DNA of 63,320 nucleotides, filler included, from Octopus bimaculoides (lineage: Eukaryota): assembly GCF_001194135.2 (NCBI RefSeq). It is 7 parts of 6 records of this genome, joined end to end, with 100 filler letters (N's around TTAATTAATTAA, not from the genome) between each part and the next. Parts side by side here need not be neighbours in the genome. Positions count along the whole stretch, not along the records: positions 1 to 12,272 come from NC_068989.1; positions 12,373 to 33,577 come from NC_068991.1; 5 more parts are not named here. One strand, written 5' to 3'. Below are positions 1-13,440 of this stretch, in pieces. Under the pieces are notes generated by a model. The model saw only the letters and a list, made by a program, of their open reading frames with translations. It was not told where the DNA came from and did not search any database. Both the position numbers and the translations under genes were made by a program. Position 1 is the first letter of the stretch. Every line of letters begins with the position of its first letter.

Positions 1-14
1 ATATATGTGTCTGC

Positions 15-350
15 GAAGGCGCATGGCTCAGTGGTTAGAGCGTCGCGCTTACGATCGTGAGGTTGTGAGTTCGAATGCTGGACCGGACTGTGTGTTGTGT
101 TCTTGAGCATGACACTTTATTTCACGTTGCTCCAGTTCACTCAGCTGTAGAAATGAGTTGCGACGTCACTGGTGCCAAGCTGTATCGGCTTTAGCCTTTC
201 CCTTGGATAACACTGGTGTCGTGGAGAGGGGAGGCTGGTATGCATGAGCGACTGCTGGCCTTCCATAAACAACCTTACCCGGACTTGTACCTGGGAGGGT
301 AACTTTCTAGGTGCAATCCCATGGTCATTCATGATCGAAGGGGGTCTCAA
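15..350 (+). mobile_element. tRNA-derived SINE (family C)
   Basis: A box TGGCTCAGTGG at 24-34 and B box GAGTTCGAAT at 67-76. These are followed by a central segment (ttgagcatgacactttatttcacgttgctccagttcactcagctg) resembling conserved SINE-superfamily central domains; superfamily not verified. Confidence 0.75.
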
Positions 351-2167
351 CTCAGCATATATATGTCTATCTATCTCGTTCTCTCTCTCACTCTCACATA
401 TTAAGGGAGAGAGAGCATATATGTGTGGGATATATATAGGATGAATGCATCTACGCCAATATGGCAGAGTTTATTGTAGCTATACATAATACAATCTCCA
501 AGACACACCACGAAAAATTTCGTTATATTGCGTTACATTTGTGTAATACTCTTCAGCATTTAGTAAACCTACAACGGGAGATTGAAATTCTTAATCCGAA
601 ACATAATTTGGGTATCGTTAATGTCGACAACAATTAGTCTATAGAAGAGCTGATGATTCCAGTAAGTTCATTGTTTATAATTAATGAGGAATGCAAATGT
701 TCTCTTCTATACCTCCAAGACAGTTCGGAAAAAGAAAGAAATATAGCCAGAGCCTGGAGACCTAAAACTTGTCTTGATCCCTTGTGACAAAGTCAGTTCC
801 ATTAGGTGCTCATGGACCTCTTATAAATCCAAGCCCACAAAATGTTAACAGTACTTCTCTTGATTTTCTGCACAATTCCTGCCAAGCAAAATGTCATTAA
901 AAAGTCTTTGATCAACACGAATCAATAGTGGAAGAGTCTTACTTAAGGTACCGCACAGTACGATCGAACCCGAAACTATGTTGTCCCCGAAACGAATTTC
1001 ACTAAACAAACACATCACCGTACTTCAATGAAGAATATTACATTTCGAGTCTGCAGGAAAAGTATTGTCGATAAAAGCTATTACAAGTTACCCAGAGTTC
1101 AGAAATTTATCCTGGTTGTAAGTAAAATAATTATACCAGCGATGTTTTAGCTTTATGAGTCAGAATGGTTGGTGGGTGGGTAGATGGGTGGGTGGTTAAT
1201 AAGATTTTGTTTTCGTATCGTTGTAAACTGTGGAGATCATCAAAATATCTGCGAGCGTCCAAGTTTTTAAATTTATGCGTTTAAATATGAATTTACGTGA
1301 AAGGGTAATTATGGACAGTAAGAACCAGCAATTGAGTCATGATTTCTTTACTGTATTTATTCTTATTATTCCACGGCTTCATGGTCTGGAAGGTATTCAT
1401 AACAGTTTGTAACGGACGCAAAGTAAAATATCAATTATACGATAATATTCTTGAAGTGAAAAACAATTACAATTATATTACGCATTTCTTTTTTCTTTTT
1501 TTTTTTTTTTCCTGTTTATTTTCAATTAAATTTACGATGAAACCAGTCAGCTTTTGTCGGAATTTATCTTAACTCTTCTTATTCCTGGAAGCAGCATTCT
1601 GCAGCAATTCCAATCAGATTTATTTTGTCTGTCTGTTCTTTGTGATACGGAAGTAGAGACAAATAATTTAATCTCCTTATATCATTCTTGACCGAAGACA
1701 TTTCTTTAAACATTTTGTGAAAGAAAATTTTTCTTTGAGAAGTAACAGATGTCGAAGAATTTACCAGTAAAAGTTAGCAACTTGTAGAATCCTCGATATT
1801 ACGTACACGCTAAAGGCTGCACTTTTTTCATTCAGATACTCTATAATGACAGTTCCGCAACAAACAGAGGTATATCTCGCAGAAACTTCAAATACTGGAA
1901 ATTGAACAATCAAAGAATTAATGTCAACGTCGTTGGTATATGCAATCTTAATAACATTAATATCTAATGATGTATATTCTTTGATGATCACCGTAAGTAG
2001 CAATGTCTCTTGCCTTGAATATATCTTATAACTCGTCTAATCAAAACGCTGGTCAATAGAAGACATTATAGTATTGATCCCCTCAAGATAGGCATGCGTC
2101 ACACGCGACGCTCTCTTCCATGTCAATGGAATGCAAATTAAATCAGTTCCTATTTCCATTTTTTTTC

Positions 2168-2230
<63 letters not shown>

Positions 2231-4344
2231 CATTATTATTATTATTGTCCTTCGCTTTCTTAGTAATACAGGTTCTGAGAAATGGTTTGTCTCTGTGTTC
2301 CGCAAAATATCAACATAGAGAATATCAAAAGATCTTCATTTCACATATNNNNNNNNNNNNNNNNNNNNNNNNNNNNNNNNNNTCTCTCTCTCTCTCTCTC
2401 CATCTCTTGGCAATATTTTAGCTATGCGACTACAAGAGCTAGGCTGAGATTTCATCCAAAGAGAAAAGTTAAATTTTTCGAAGCCCAGCATCTAAATACA
2501 CGACCCTAAACATCAGCATCCACTTGCGACTGCAAACATTCAAACTAACAATTGAATAAGTCATTATTATTATGAAAATTTCTTTGAAAGAAAGCAGACG
2601 ATATTTAAGTTGCACAAAGAGTAAACATACCACCAGACATCCGTTTACTTTCAGACTCTCCCATATTTTCTTTCTTCAAATCACCAAGTACATTTTCCCT
2701 CTTTGGTGAATACACACAAACAGTAACAAACACCTTACTGTTTCTGTCCACCTTGAATAGTCTTTTAAATTTCACTGAAGTTTCTTTCACACAGTTAAAG
2801 AACGTTCATGGAAATGTGTTCAAGTTATTTCAAACGTTTGGCCACTCCATATTATATCTTAAGTATTCTCGTCCTGTCAAAGAATATATTTTTCTACATT
2901 TGCATAAATGTAGTTGCTGTTCTGTAAACAGACGTGTGAAAATATTGTTTAAGATTTTATGTCTGGTAAATGATAATTCCCCGTAAATTTCTCCTTGACT
3001 GTCATACCATTGTTAAGCAAGTTGTTCAATAGTCGACTGCTTCAGTATATTCGCCAATGAAAGCAGAAGATTAGTTTGTGCCTACTTCACCAAGTAAAAT
3101 TTTTATAATGAAGTTAAACATCGTAAAATTCGTTTTGTTAGAAAATATCACCGTTTATTGTGTAGTGTCGTTGAGAACACCTGGAATGGTTTCATAACTT
3201 CATTAAACAGAGTTTTTCAAATAAAGCCAGTCATTTTCCCAGCGTTCATTCGACATATTATTTAATTATACTAACCTAACAAATTAAAGATTTTAACCCC
3301 TTCAGAACTATAATATATTATTATTACCATTTAAGTAAATTAACATTTAAAATAGTAGAACGATTCTAATATTTTGCATTTATTCTATTGAATTAATAGT
3401 GATTCAAATACATTAGCTTTCATTATAACAATTACTATAAGTTATAGAAATATTTTTAAGCAGAAAAGCCAATGTATCTTCACCTGGTTACTCAAAATTC
3501 TTAAGAGATATATTTTTACGGATCTTCTATGCGGACAACTGGCGCAGTAGCAATAATAATATGTAATTTTCAACTTGTCTTTGCTTATAACAAAACTTAC
3601 ATACAACTTTTCTTTGCTTATAACAAAACTTACATACAACTGAAAGTAACGTCATGAAAATTAGCCAAGGCTGATATTGATTTCAAGATTCTAAGAATAA
3701 AGATTAAAAATTACGAAATACCTTCGTTTTATAGTTCCTTTTATTTAATCACCTATCAATAATCTAATCTCAGTCGCAGTATGTTGTATCACGTGATAAA
3801 TGATGCAAGTTACTTTTGAAATGATAATTTTTCGAAATTCTGACCGGAGCCTATATAACTTTGCATGTGATAAATTATTACGCTATCATTATCATTCACC
3901 GCATGAGCTATTTTGAATCATGAAATTTCTTCATCTTATTTTCCCAATTTTGTATTACTTAGAAATAATCAAGATTAATAGGCAACCTGAAATATATTGA
4001 AATTCTTATTAGAATTTAATATTGACAATTCATAAGACAAATTACCTACTTACTTTCCTTTACTATTCCTAATACAAATGAATTAAATGTAAATTAATAA
4101 TAATATTTTTCCCCCACATCGCTCACAAATATAGGTGACCATTATAACATATTCAAGCACTTCCAATTTTGTTACCTATAGGTACGTCACGATTGCCTTT
4201 AATTCTGGTCATACCTTAAGTCTAGTCGTTTGATGTTAAATATATTTACAATGAAAATAGGTAGCAGTTACAGCAATGGTTTTCAACTAGGGTCCAAATG
4301 ATCCCTTGGAGGTCAATATAAGATGTAGTTAAAACTTATATTCA

Positions 4345-4755
4345 GGCGTGGCTGTGCGCAGGCGCAGGTGTGACTGTGTGGTAAGAAGCTTGCTTTCCAA
4401 CCACATGGTTCCGAGTTCAATCCCACTGAGTGGCACTTTTGGCAAACGTCTTCTACTATAGCCTCGAGTAGATCAAAAGCCTTATGAGTGGATATGGTAG
4501 GTGGAAACTGAAAGAAGCCCATCGAATATGTATATATTTGTGTGTGTGTTTGTGTGTGTCTCAGTTTGTCTCAGTTTGTCTCCCCACCATCGCTTGACAA
4601 CTGATGCTGGTGTGTTTACGTCCCCGCAACTTCACGATTCAGCAAAAGAGGCCGATGGAATAAATACCAGGTTTACAAAGAATAAGCCCTGGGGTCGATT
4701 CATTCGACGAAAGGCGGTGCTCCAGCATGGCCGCAATGAAACATGTAAAAGAACA
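4345..4755 (+). mobile_element. tRNA-derived SINE (family D) with internal (GT)n
   Basis: tRNA-like head with GAGTTCAATCC B box. Reverse-complement copies or fragments at about 23380-23475, 24885-25385, 35210-35580, 41345-41545, 43605-43780 and 44670-44875. Confidence 0.8.
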
Positions 4756-4822
4756 CAAGAAAGAATATACTCCTGCAACACACAAAATATTTAAATTATT
4801 TTTTATACAATTCCTGGTATTC

Positions 4823-4874
<52 letters not shown>

Positions 4875-5544
4875 TAACAGGATTTTTTAAAGTATCGAAT
4901 GGCTATGGGGTGGGGTACCCGAGGAAGCTTAAAACTCAAGGCTTAAAAATCAGAAAAATCATAGGAAAAATGCGGTTGAGATCCACTGGGTTACAGCTTC
5001 ATAGACTTAGGCATTGTGGTTCATGTATACAGTGTATTATTCGGTAAATTGCTTTACAAATTCAGAAAATTCAGACGTTTGAGAAGATATAGGATTTTGC
5101 CGTTGAGGGTAACAAAATCCAAGTCTACGGAAACATTGCTTGAGTGACGAACTTGATACACATTTAAATATGTGGTTGTTTGCCAAACTCTTTTAACTCT
5201 GGATGCTGAGAAGGAAACAACTAAAAATTACATCGAAAATGTATGTTAACTTAAACAAACAGTAAGCTACATAATATAATATTAGTTTGAAAATTGCCAA
5301 TATGGAAACATAAAGGGTAACATACCTTGTGCTACGGTATATTTAAATAACGGAAAACAAATCGTAGCAAAGAGAGCATAAATGATTGCTTTTATCGCAA
5401 AAACATTTTTTTATATATTGTTTTAGTTATTTTATTATCTTCATAATTGTTCAACTATGTTGCAAATAACTAACGTTTATTACATTCAAGCTCTGTAATA
5501 TTTCCGGGCTAGTATATCCCAAAACACGTGTACTCCAAAAAGAC

Positions 5545-5715
5545 TCCAAAACACGTGTACCCGTAACGTAGTTCTCTCGGAGATTCAGCGTGACACAGTG
5601 TGACAAGGCTGGCCCTTTGAATTACAGGCACAACAGAAACAGGAAGTAAGAGTGAGGGAAAGTTGTGGTGAAAGAGTACAGCAGGGTTCGGTACCACCCC
5701 CTGCCGGAGCCTCAT
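5545..5715 (-). mobile_element. SINE family B fragment
   Basis: Near-identical to the middle of the copy at 10440-10807 (gattcagcgtgacacag...tgtgacaaggctggccctttg...gagtacagcagggttcg). Confidence 0.75.
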
Positions 5716-6226
5716 GGTTCTTCTTAGTTACATGTTTAAGGTCTCCGTTGTAAAATATGCGGTGTGACCCCTGGCCTAAAAGCTATCCTACTTAGTTCAA
5801 TCTTAATGTAATTGGGGCATCTGCTTCTCTGCCCTTACGAAGCGGAAGTGTTTGTATACAGCTAAACAATATTCTAAGAATTTTCCAGGACAGAAGAATA
5901 ACAGAAATGGTAAAGCTACGAACGAAATGTTTCGCAGAATTTATCTAAATTCTCTACGTTCTCTGTTGGAATCCTTCAGGATTATCACCGCTACTCATTT
6001 CATTCCGACACAGATAAAACAAAAAGTGGTAATCGAATTAATTACACACATCTTTGCTATAAACTTCTAATCTTCTATTAATGCAAAGAATCGATGTTCC
6101 TTCTTTGATCTTGAGTAACAGAAAGTCGATTAAATCCCTTACATTTTGTCACACTAATTTATATTCTGCGCTCGACACTTTCCCGGGTTGACCTCAATGT
6201 TCGGCTCTATGATATGCTGTCATAAG

Positions 6227-6890
6227 GCGGCGAGCTGGCAGAAACGTTAGCACGCCGGGCGAAATGCTTAGCGGTATTTCGTCTGCCGCTACGTTCTGAG
6301 TTCAAATTCCGCCGAGGTCGACTTTGCTTTTCATCCTTTCGGGGTCGAAAAATTAAGTACCAGTTACGCACTGGGTCGATGTAATTGATTTAATCCCTTT
6401 CTCTGTCCTTGTTTGTCCCCTCTATGTTTAGCCCCTTGTGGGCAGTTAAGAAATAAGAAACGTTAGCAAGCTGGGTGTAATGCTTAGCGGTATTTCGTCT
6501 GTCTTTCACTTCTAAGTTCAAATTCCGCCGACGTCGACTTTGCTTTCATCCTTTCAGTGTCGATAAATTAAGTACCAGTTGCGCACTGGGGTTGATGTAA
6601 TCGACTGGCCCCCTCTACAAAAATTTCGGGCCTTGTACCTAGAGTAGAAAAGAATATTATGCTGTCAAGTAAAACGTTGAGCTGGCAGAATCGTTAACAC
6701 GCCGGGCAAAAATGCTTTGCAGCATTTCGTCTGTCTTTACGTTCCGAGTTCAAATTCCACCGAGGTCGACTTTGCCTTTCATCATTTCTAGGGTCGTTAA
6801 AATAAGTACCACTTGTGCACTGGGGTCGATGTAATCGACTTACTCCCTCTCCCGAAATTGCTGGCTTTGTGCCAAAATTTGAAATCAATA
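6227..6890 (+). mobile_element. Three tandem monomers of SINE family A
   Basis: Repeated gagctggcagaaacgttagcacgccggg...GAGTTCAAATTCC...ggtcgactttgc.tttcatcc...aagtaccag units starting at about 6227, 6455 and 6680. Confidence 0.85.
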
Positions 6891-7152
6891 TTATGCTGCA
6901 AAATAAGTACCAATCACACACTAGCGTCCATTCGCTCGACTGTAGTTTGATCCCAGATTTCCATATTTACGCGTGTATAAGGCGCACCTCTAATGAAGTG
7001 TCAAAGCATGACACAAATTTATTTTTACTTCACAGATTTAGCTTTGCGCTCACGTGTAAGGCGCACCCCAAGTTTTCGGTTAATATCAAANNNNNNNNNN
7101 TATCAAATATAAGACAGTGAGGCTTACCCATAAGTAAATACACTATGCATGG

Positions 7153-7207
<55 letters not shown>

Positions 7208-8599
7208 ACACATATGCATGTGTGTATGGGTGTGTGGGCGTTTGCGTCTATATTTCATCTTTCTCATGCATTAAAAACGCATTTATTAAACGGTTGTCCT
7301 TGTCTCCGTCGTTCGTTTTTCACACTCGGCAATGTTACTATATTTCATATTACGATCTAAACTTGCAATGTTTCCTCAATCTACTCCGCTACGTATTAAT
7401 AACTCACTCTCTTAGATTACACTAGCGAAGCAATAATAACTCCACAACTAGACGAGATTCAAGTCTACCGCCCAACTTTCACATCTTACTACTACCACCA
7501 CCACCACCACCACCAACAACAACAATAACAAACAAAGACATCACCATCATACCCATTAATAGCAGAACCACAACCCCTACGAAGTAGACAGGCTATATAT
7601 CATCCAGGGTGTATACATCTTTTTTCTATCTATTTTATCATCTCGTGCTACGAAGATACACCTGAATTAAACAAAAAGTTAGTTGTGATATATATATACA
7701 TATGTATAAATATATGTGTTTCTCTGTATCTATTTATGTATATAAATCTATATNNNNNNNNNNNNNNNNNNNNNNNNNNNNNNNNNNNNNNNNNNNNNNN
7801 NNNNNNNNNNNNNNNNNNNNNNNNNNNNNNNNNNNNNNNNNNNNNNNNNNNNNNNNNNNNNNNNNNNNNNNNNNNNNNNNNNNNNNNNNNNNNNNNNNNN
7901 NNNNNNNNNNNNNNNNNNNNNNNNNNNNNNNNNNNNNNNNNNNNNNNNNNNNNNNNNNNNNNNNNNNNNNNNNNNNNNNNNNNNNNNNNNNNNNNNNNNN
8001 NNNNNNNNNNNNNNNNNNNNNNNNNNNNNNNNNNNNNNNNNNNNNNNNNNNNNNNNNNNNNNNNNNNNNNNNNNNNNNNNNNNNNNNNNNNNNNNNNNNN
8101 NNNNNNNNNNNNNNNNNNNNNNNNNNNNNNNNNNNNNNNNNNNNNNNNNNNNNNNNNNNNNNNNNNNNNNNNNNNNNNNNNNNNNNNNNNNNNNNNNNNN
8201 NNNNNNNNNNNNNNNNNNNNNNNNNNNNNNNNNNNNNNNNNNNNNNNNNNNNNNNNNNNNNNNNNNNNNNNNNNNNNNNNNNNNNNNNNNNNNNNNNNNN
8301 NNNNNNNNNNNNNNNNNNNNNNNNNNNNNNNNNNNNNNNNNNNNNNNNNNNNNNNNNNNNNNNNNNNNNNNNNNNNTTTTTTTTTTTTTTTTTTTTGTCT
8401 TTTTGGTAACTTCATTGTTATTTGTGTTGCTTCTTGATGAAAATATAATGTGTTGTTTTCAGTGATGCTCCATGTTATGATTGCTGATGGTGTTTAGCGC
8501 TAGATCACTCCTGATTCAAGAAGAGATCAACGATGGAAAAGGATACCAAGCGGGATCATTCCGGTTATTCCAGACAGATTGGTTGATAAATAGGTAGGT

Positions 8600-8645
<46 letters not shown>

Positions 8646-8743
8646 TGAGAGAGCGAAGGGAGTAGACAATTTATATAGTGGTAGACAGAGGAGTAGGTAG
8701 CCAAGTAGACGGATATAAATATGTGAACGTGTGTGTGTATGTG

Positions 8744-8837
<94 letters not shown>

Positions 8838-10439
8838 TAATAAATGAGTATATGCATATATACGTACAGGGATGTGCATACCTACGTCTACCTGTATATA
8901 TAGGTGCATATCTGGGTACAGGNNNNNNNNNNNNNNNNNNNNNNNNNNNNNNNNNNNNNNNNNNNNNNNNNNNNNNNNNNNNNNNNNNNNNNNNNNNNNN
9001 NNNNNNNNNNNNNNNNNNNNNNNNNNNNNNNNNNNNNNNNNNNNNNNNNNNNNNNNNNNNNNNNNNNNNNNNNNNNNNNNNNNNNNNNNNNNNNNNNNNN
9101 NNNNNNNNNNNNNNNNNNNNNNNNNNNNNNNNNNNNNNNNNNNNNNNNNNNNNNNNNNNNNNNNNNNNNNNNNNNNNNNNNNNNNNNNNNNNNNNNNNNN
9201 NNNNNNNNNNNNNNNNNNNNNNNNNNNNNNNNNNNNNNNNNNNNNNNNNNNNNNNNNNNNNNNNNNNNNNNNNNNNNNNNNNNNNNNNNNNNNNNNNNNN
9301 NNNNNNNNNNNNNNNNNNNNNNNNNNNNNNNNNNNNNNNNNNNNNNNNNNNNNNNNNNNNNNNNNNNNNNNNNNNNNNNNNNNNNNNNNNNNNNNNNNNN
9401 NNNNNNNNNNNNNNNNNNNNNNNNNNNNNNNNNNNNNNNNNNNNNNNNNNNNNNNNNNNNNNNNNNNNNNNNNNNNNNNNNNNNNNNNNNNNNNNNNNNN
9501 NNNNNNNNNNNNNNNNNNNNNNNNNNNNNNNNNNNNNNNNNNNNNNNNNNNNNNNNNNNNNNNNNNNNNNNNNNNNNNNNNNNNNNNNTCCTTTGAATAA
9601 TATATATATATATATATATATGTATGTATATGTATGTATAATGCAGTGAAAACATACACCATGGTTAATCGACAGGACTCCTAGCAACAAAGTAGACAGA
9701 AAGGACGAATTAGTTTCAACTTTCCTAAAAGCTGTCATTGCTGATCGCTTATTTTATTTTCTCTGTTGAAAGAAGTTTGTGAGCCGGGTAAAGTTAGCCG
9801 CGTTTATTAATTAAGTGGAACACCAACGCGGCGTGTTTGGTAACGAATTTGTAAACATGGTTTAATAAGGCTTCGATGTGAAAATGGATCACGTATGTAC
9901 ATCTTGAAACTTTTAACGTAAATCGAAACAAGTCCATCTAAAATTTCTCCATCGTTACTCTTGAGTTCTGATGTTTAGTTACAATTTTGTGGAGCCAGTT
10001 TTCTCTTTGAGGTTTAATTGTTTATTAAACATATAATTGTAAATCAATTTACACCTTCAACCTCATCCATTTCCTGCTTTGACTAAGAGAAAATTAAAAA
10101 GAATTTATAAGAACTTATAAGATGGCAAAGGGTCACAGAAACAGCAAAGTGCTGGGTATATTTTCTGATAATAAATCCCGTCGGGTTGAACTTTGCTTTC
10201 CAATCTTGTGTGTATCAGAAATCTTGTGAACGTTATTCATAAATGCCACACATTTATAAACGATATAGTCGTTTAAAATTACTCAGGTATGTGACTGTAT
10301 TTAGCGTATCACTCCTCGCAAGGCTGAAAGGTAAAGTGGATTCCGAAGGCAACAACAAATATGAGGCATTTTTTATACTTGTGTTCTACACTTCAAACTA
10401 TTCCTCAAGTATTACGTTGTTGTAGTTAGTAAAAAGATC

Positions 10440-10807
10440 GTGGCTCTCCGTCGGTCACGACGACGAGGGTTCCAATTGATCCGATCAACGGAACAGCCTG
10501 CTCGTGAAATTAACGTGCAAGTGGCTGAGCACTCCACAGACACGTGTACCCTTAACGTAGTTCTTGGGGAGATTCAGCGTGACACAGAGTGTGACAAGGC
10601 TGGCCCTTTGAAATACAGGTGCAGCAGAAACAGGAAGAAAAAGTGAGAGAAAGTTGTGGTGGAAGAGTACAGCAGGGTTCGCCACTACGTGACGCTTTTA
10701 GGTGTCTAGGCTCAATAAACACTCAGAACGCCCGATCTGAGTATCGAAACCACGATCCTACGACGACGAATCCGCTGCGCTAACCACTGGGCCATTACGA
10801 CTCCACA
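10440..10807 (-). mobile_element. Full-length tRNA-derived SINE (family B)
   Basis: The minus strand begins with a tRNA-like head (TGGCCCAGTGG A box, GGTTTCGATAC B-box-like motif). A second copy is at 37636-38026. Confidence 0.8.
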
Positions 10808-10880
10808 GTAAAAGATATTTCTCATCCGAACCAATGTGTGAGCTTCTGCATGTTCGGTCGACTTACTAGGAAAAGCAATT

Positions 10881-11058
10881 AATTATGTACATTATTTACA
10901 TTTGACGGATATTTGTCCTCATCTTGTTTGTTGTTAACACAATGTCTCGGCTGATATACCCTCCAGCCTTCATCATGTGTTTTGGGGAAATTTCGAATTT
11001 GGGTTCTCATTCCTAAGGTGTTTTTCGATGTTGTTGTTGTTGTTGTTGTTGTTGTTAT
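10881..11058 (-). mobile_element. Hammerhead-tail repeat family, copy 1 (degraded core)
   Basis: Same ~150-bp arm as 15185-15325 and 30230-30365. The hammerhead core is mutated (ATGATGA, GAGA). Confidence 0.75.
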
Positions 11059-11099
11059 TATAGACCAACTGAATGAGTTCTTTTCAATCTATTTTACCA

Positions 11100-11320
11100 G
11101 GTTTTACTCTACCAATAATCCTTCCTATTATAGACACAAGACCTAAAATTTAGAGGAGGAGGATAATCGATTACATCGACTCCAGTGCGTATCTGGTACT
11201 TAATTTATCGACCCCGAAAAGATGAAAGGTAAAGTCGACCCCGACAGAAGGTAGCGACAGGCGAAATACCGCTAAGCATTTCGACCGGCGTTGCTAACGA
11301 CTCTGCCATATTGCCGCTCT
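11100..11320 (-). mobile_element. SINE family A copy
   Basis: Reverse complement of the 6227 monomer. Further copies at about 13720-13860, 14810-14990, 15100-15600 (interrupted), 24660-24880, 33876-34285, 34905-35095, 37170-37370, 37410-37610, 45980-46110, 49395-49608, 50120-50220, 51490-51710, 55110-55345 and 61622-61840. Confidence 0.8.
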
Positions 11321-12272
11321 TTTGGCATACCAATAATACCAAGGGGAAGAGAAAGAAATTAAAGGTGAATGTGATCTTGTGATATAATCAGCATTTGGAA
11401 TAACTATATTCACAGCATTTTCCATAATCTGAAGGATTTGGGGTGAGACAAATGACAGTCACCATTTCCGATTCTTCATCTACCCCATCCTATCAAAATA
11501 AGAACTCGTAGCAGGATCAGTAGAGTATCGGATTAAATCCAGTGCAGAATGGGCACTGGAAGCATTTTTTTTATGCTTCCGGTATCCATAAAATAAGTAC
11601 AAATCAGTTATTGAAGTCAGTTTGGTCGATTTTCCTATCGCCTCATATGTATAGCTTTGTGCTTATGTTAGAAAACGATATTCCTGTACCTACAGCATCA
11701 CCATCACCACAACCAACATCAACCGTTTCGCTACCATCCCCAACACCATCAGCATCAGTACTACCACCAACACGATCCATACCACTCCTACACTTCTACC
11801 TACATATTAATTTCTCTCGCTCTCAGAAGTGCTTCATTTCATGCACATCCACTAAAGTTTCGTCTTGCCACCGATAATGTCATTACGCAGTTCATTTGAG
11901 ACGCAGCAACACATTCTCCTATTACCTTCACACTGCTCCTCTGTACTTGTCTTCTTTTTCCTTCCTCTTCCCTGTCTCTAATTATCACTGGAGACCTCTC
12001 TACCTCTCTTACAGCTCTAACACTTTCAGATACAAACACGCATACACACACACATACACACACACACACACGTACATCTATTAACATGAATAAGCAACGT
12101 AACTTTACATGCCCATATGGTGGTAATTTATACACACATATGCATGTGTGTGTGTGTGTGAGTGTGAGTATGCGTGCAAATATGTGCGTAGCTGTGAGGT
12201 ATACACATATTCATACACGTATATAAGGATATATGCATAAATGTCTCTGTGTATATATATATATATATATAT

Positions 12273-12372
12273 NNNNNNNNNNNNNNNNNNNNNNNNNNNN
12301 NNNNNNNNNNNNNNNNTTAATTAATTAANNNNNNNNNNNNNNNNNNNNNNNNNNNNNNNNNNNNNNNNNNNN
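12273..12372. other. Artificial scaffold spacer (44 N + TTAATTAATTAA + 44 N)
   Basis: The identical 100-bp construct recurs at 33578-33677, 56802-56901, 58566-58665, 60332-60431 and 61893-61992. The 12-mer contains a stop codon in all six frames. Confidence 0.95.
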
Positions 12373-13397
12373 ATGAAGAGCCTAAGATTTATCCGAGGTC
12401 AAATTATTTATGTATCACAAGTATGGAAGTAAATAGTGAAGCCGTTTTCACGTGAAAAGCGATTACACACACACCTCTGTTTTATATATAGTATAGATAT
12501 ACATATATAATGCAACATATGTATACGTATGTATGTAAATGTATTTTTGCATGTATACGATGTGCACTCATACACATACAGGGACACAGACATGTGTACC
12601 TATCTATATAAATATTTATGCATATCTATCTGACTGTCTGTCTGTTTGTCTGTCTATCTATCTATCTATCTATCTGTATGTGTGTGTGTGCTGTTTGCAG
12701 TTAGCAGTCACTTGTTTTACGAACTGCGCATGACCACACTTTCCATCATGTTCCGGTCGCCATTAAGCACAGTAACTAAAATACATCGCTGCATTTGAAT
12801 TAATAGACAAAATCGATAACTCTCCACAGTTCTACACCAGCCTTCTTCTCTTCATTCATCTCTCATCCTGTCTCAATCACTCTCTCATTCTCATTCTCTC
12901 TGTCTTTTTCTCTCTATTTCTCTTTCACTCTATCTCTAATTCTGTTTTTCTCCAGTTACTCCCAGTCATTTGGCTTTAAATAGCTTTGATATTCATTACA
13001 CATTGAAACTGTATTATTATATAGGTTTCACGGCATGGCCATGTTCTTCACAACACAATATGGCCAATTTTTCCTTTGCACACATGACGTCCAGGAATGA
13101 AAAAGCGAGAGAAAGAAATACAAAAGAATAAAGAGTGGGACGGGGAGAAATGTAGTAAGGGAAAGAAAACTGGCTTGATAGAAAGAAGAGAGTATATAAA
13201 TAATAATAAATATGCTGCTGATAATATCGACTGTAATATATTCTAAAAAAACCCCACAGAAACGAAAATAAAACAAATCAACTGAAACTGTTATCTTCTC
13301 GGAAACATGTCATTTATGCTTTTTCCTCTGTTATATATGTGTGTATGCGTGCGCTGGAATGGAACAGGGGATGACATATTTATAGTGAGTTAAAACC

Positions 13398-13440
<43 letters not shown>

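Noticed and set aside
2620-2720. Possible minus-strand exon ENVLGDLKKENMGESESKRMSG with a GTATGT donor
   Set aside because: The acceptor is weak, there is no recognisable domain, and no compatible neighbouring exon was found.
7648-9738. Long ORFs of 200-365 aa here and at 18 kb, 23.7 kb, 31-32 kb, 41.5-43.7 kb, 45 kb, 50-51 kb and 54-55 kb
   Set aside because: They are open only because they run through N gaps and dinucleotide repeats.
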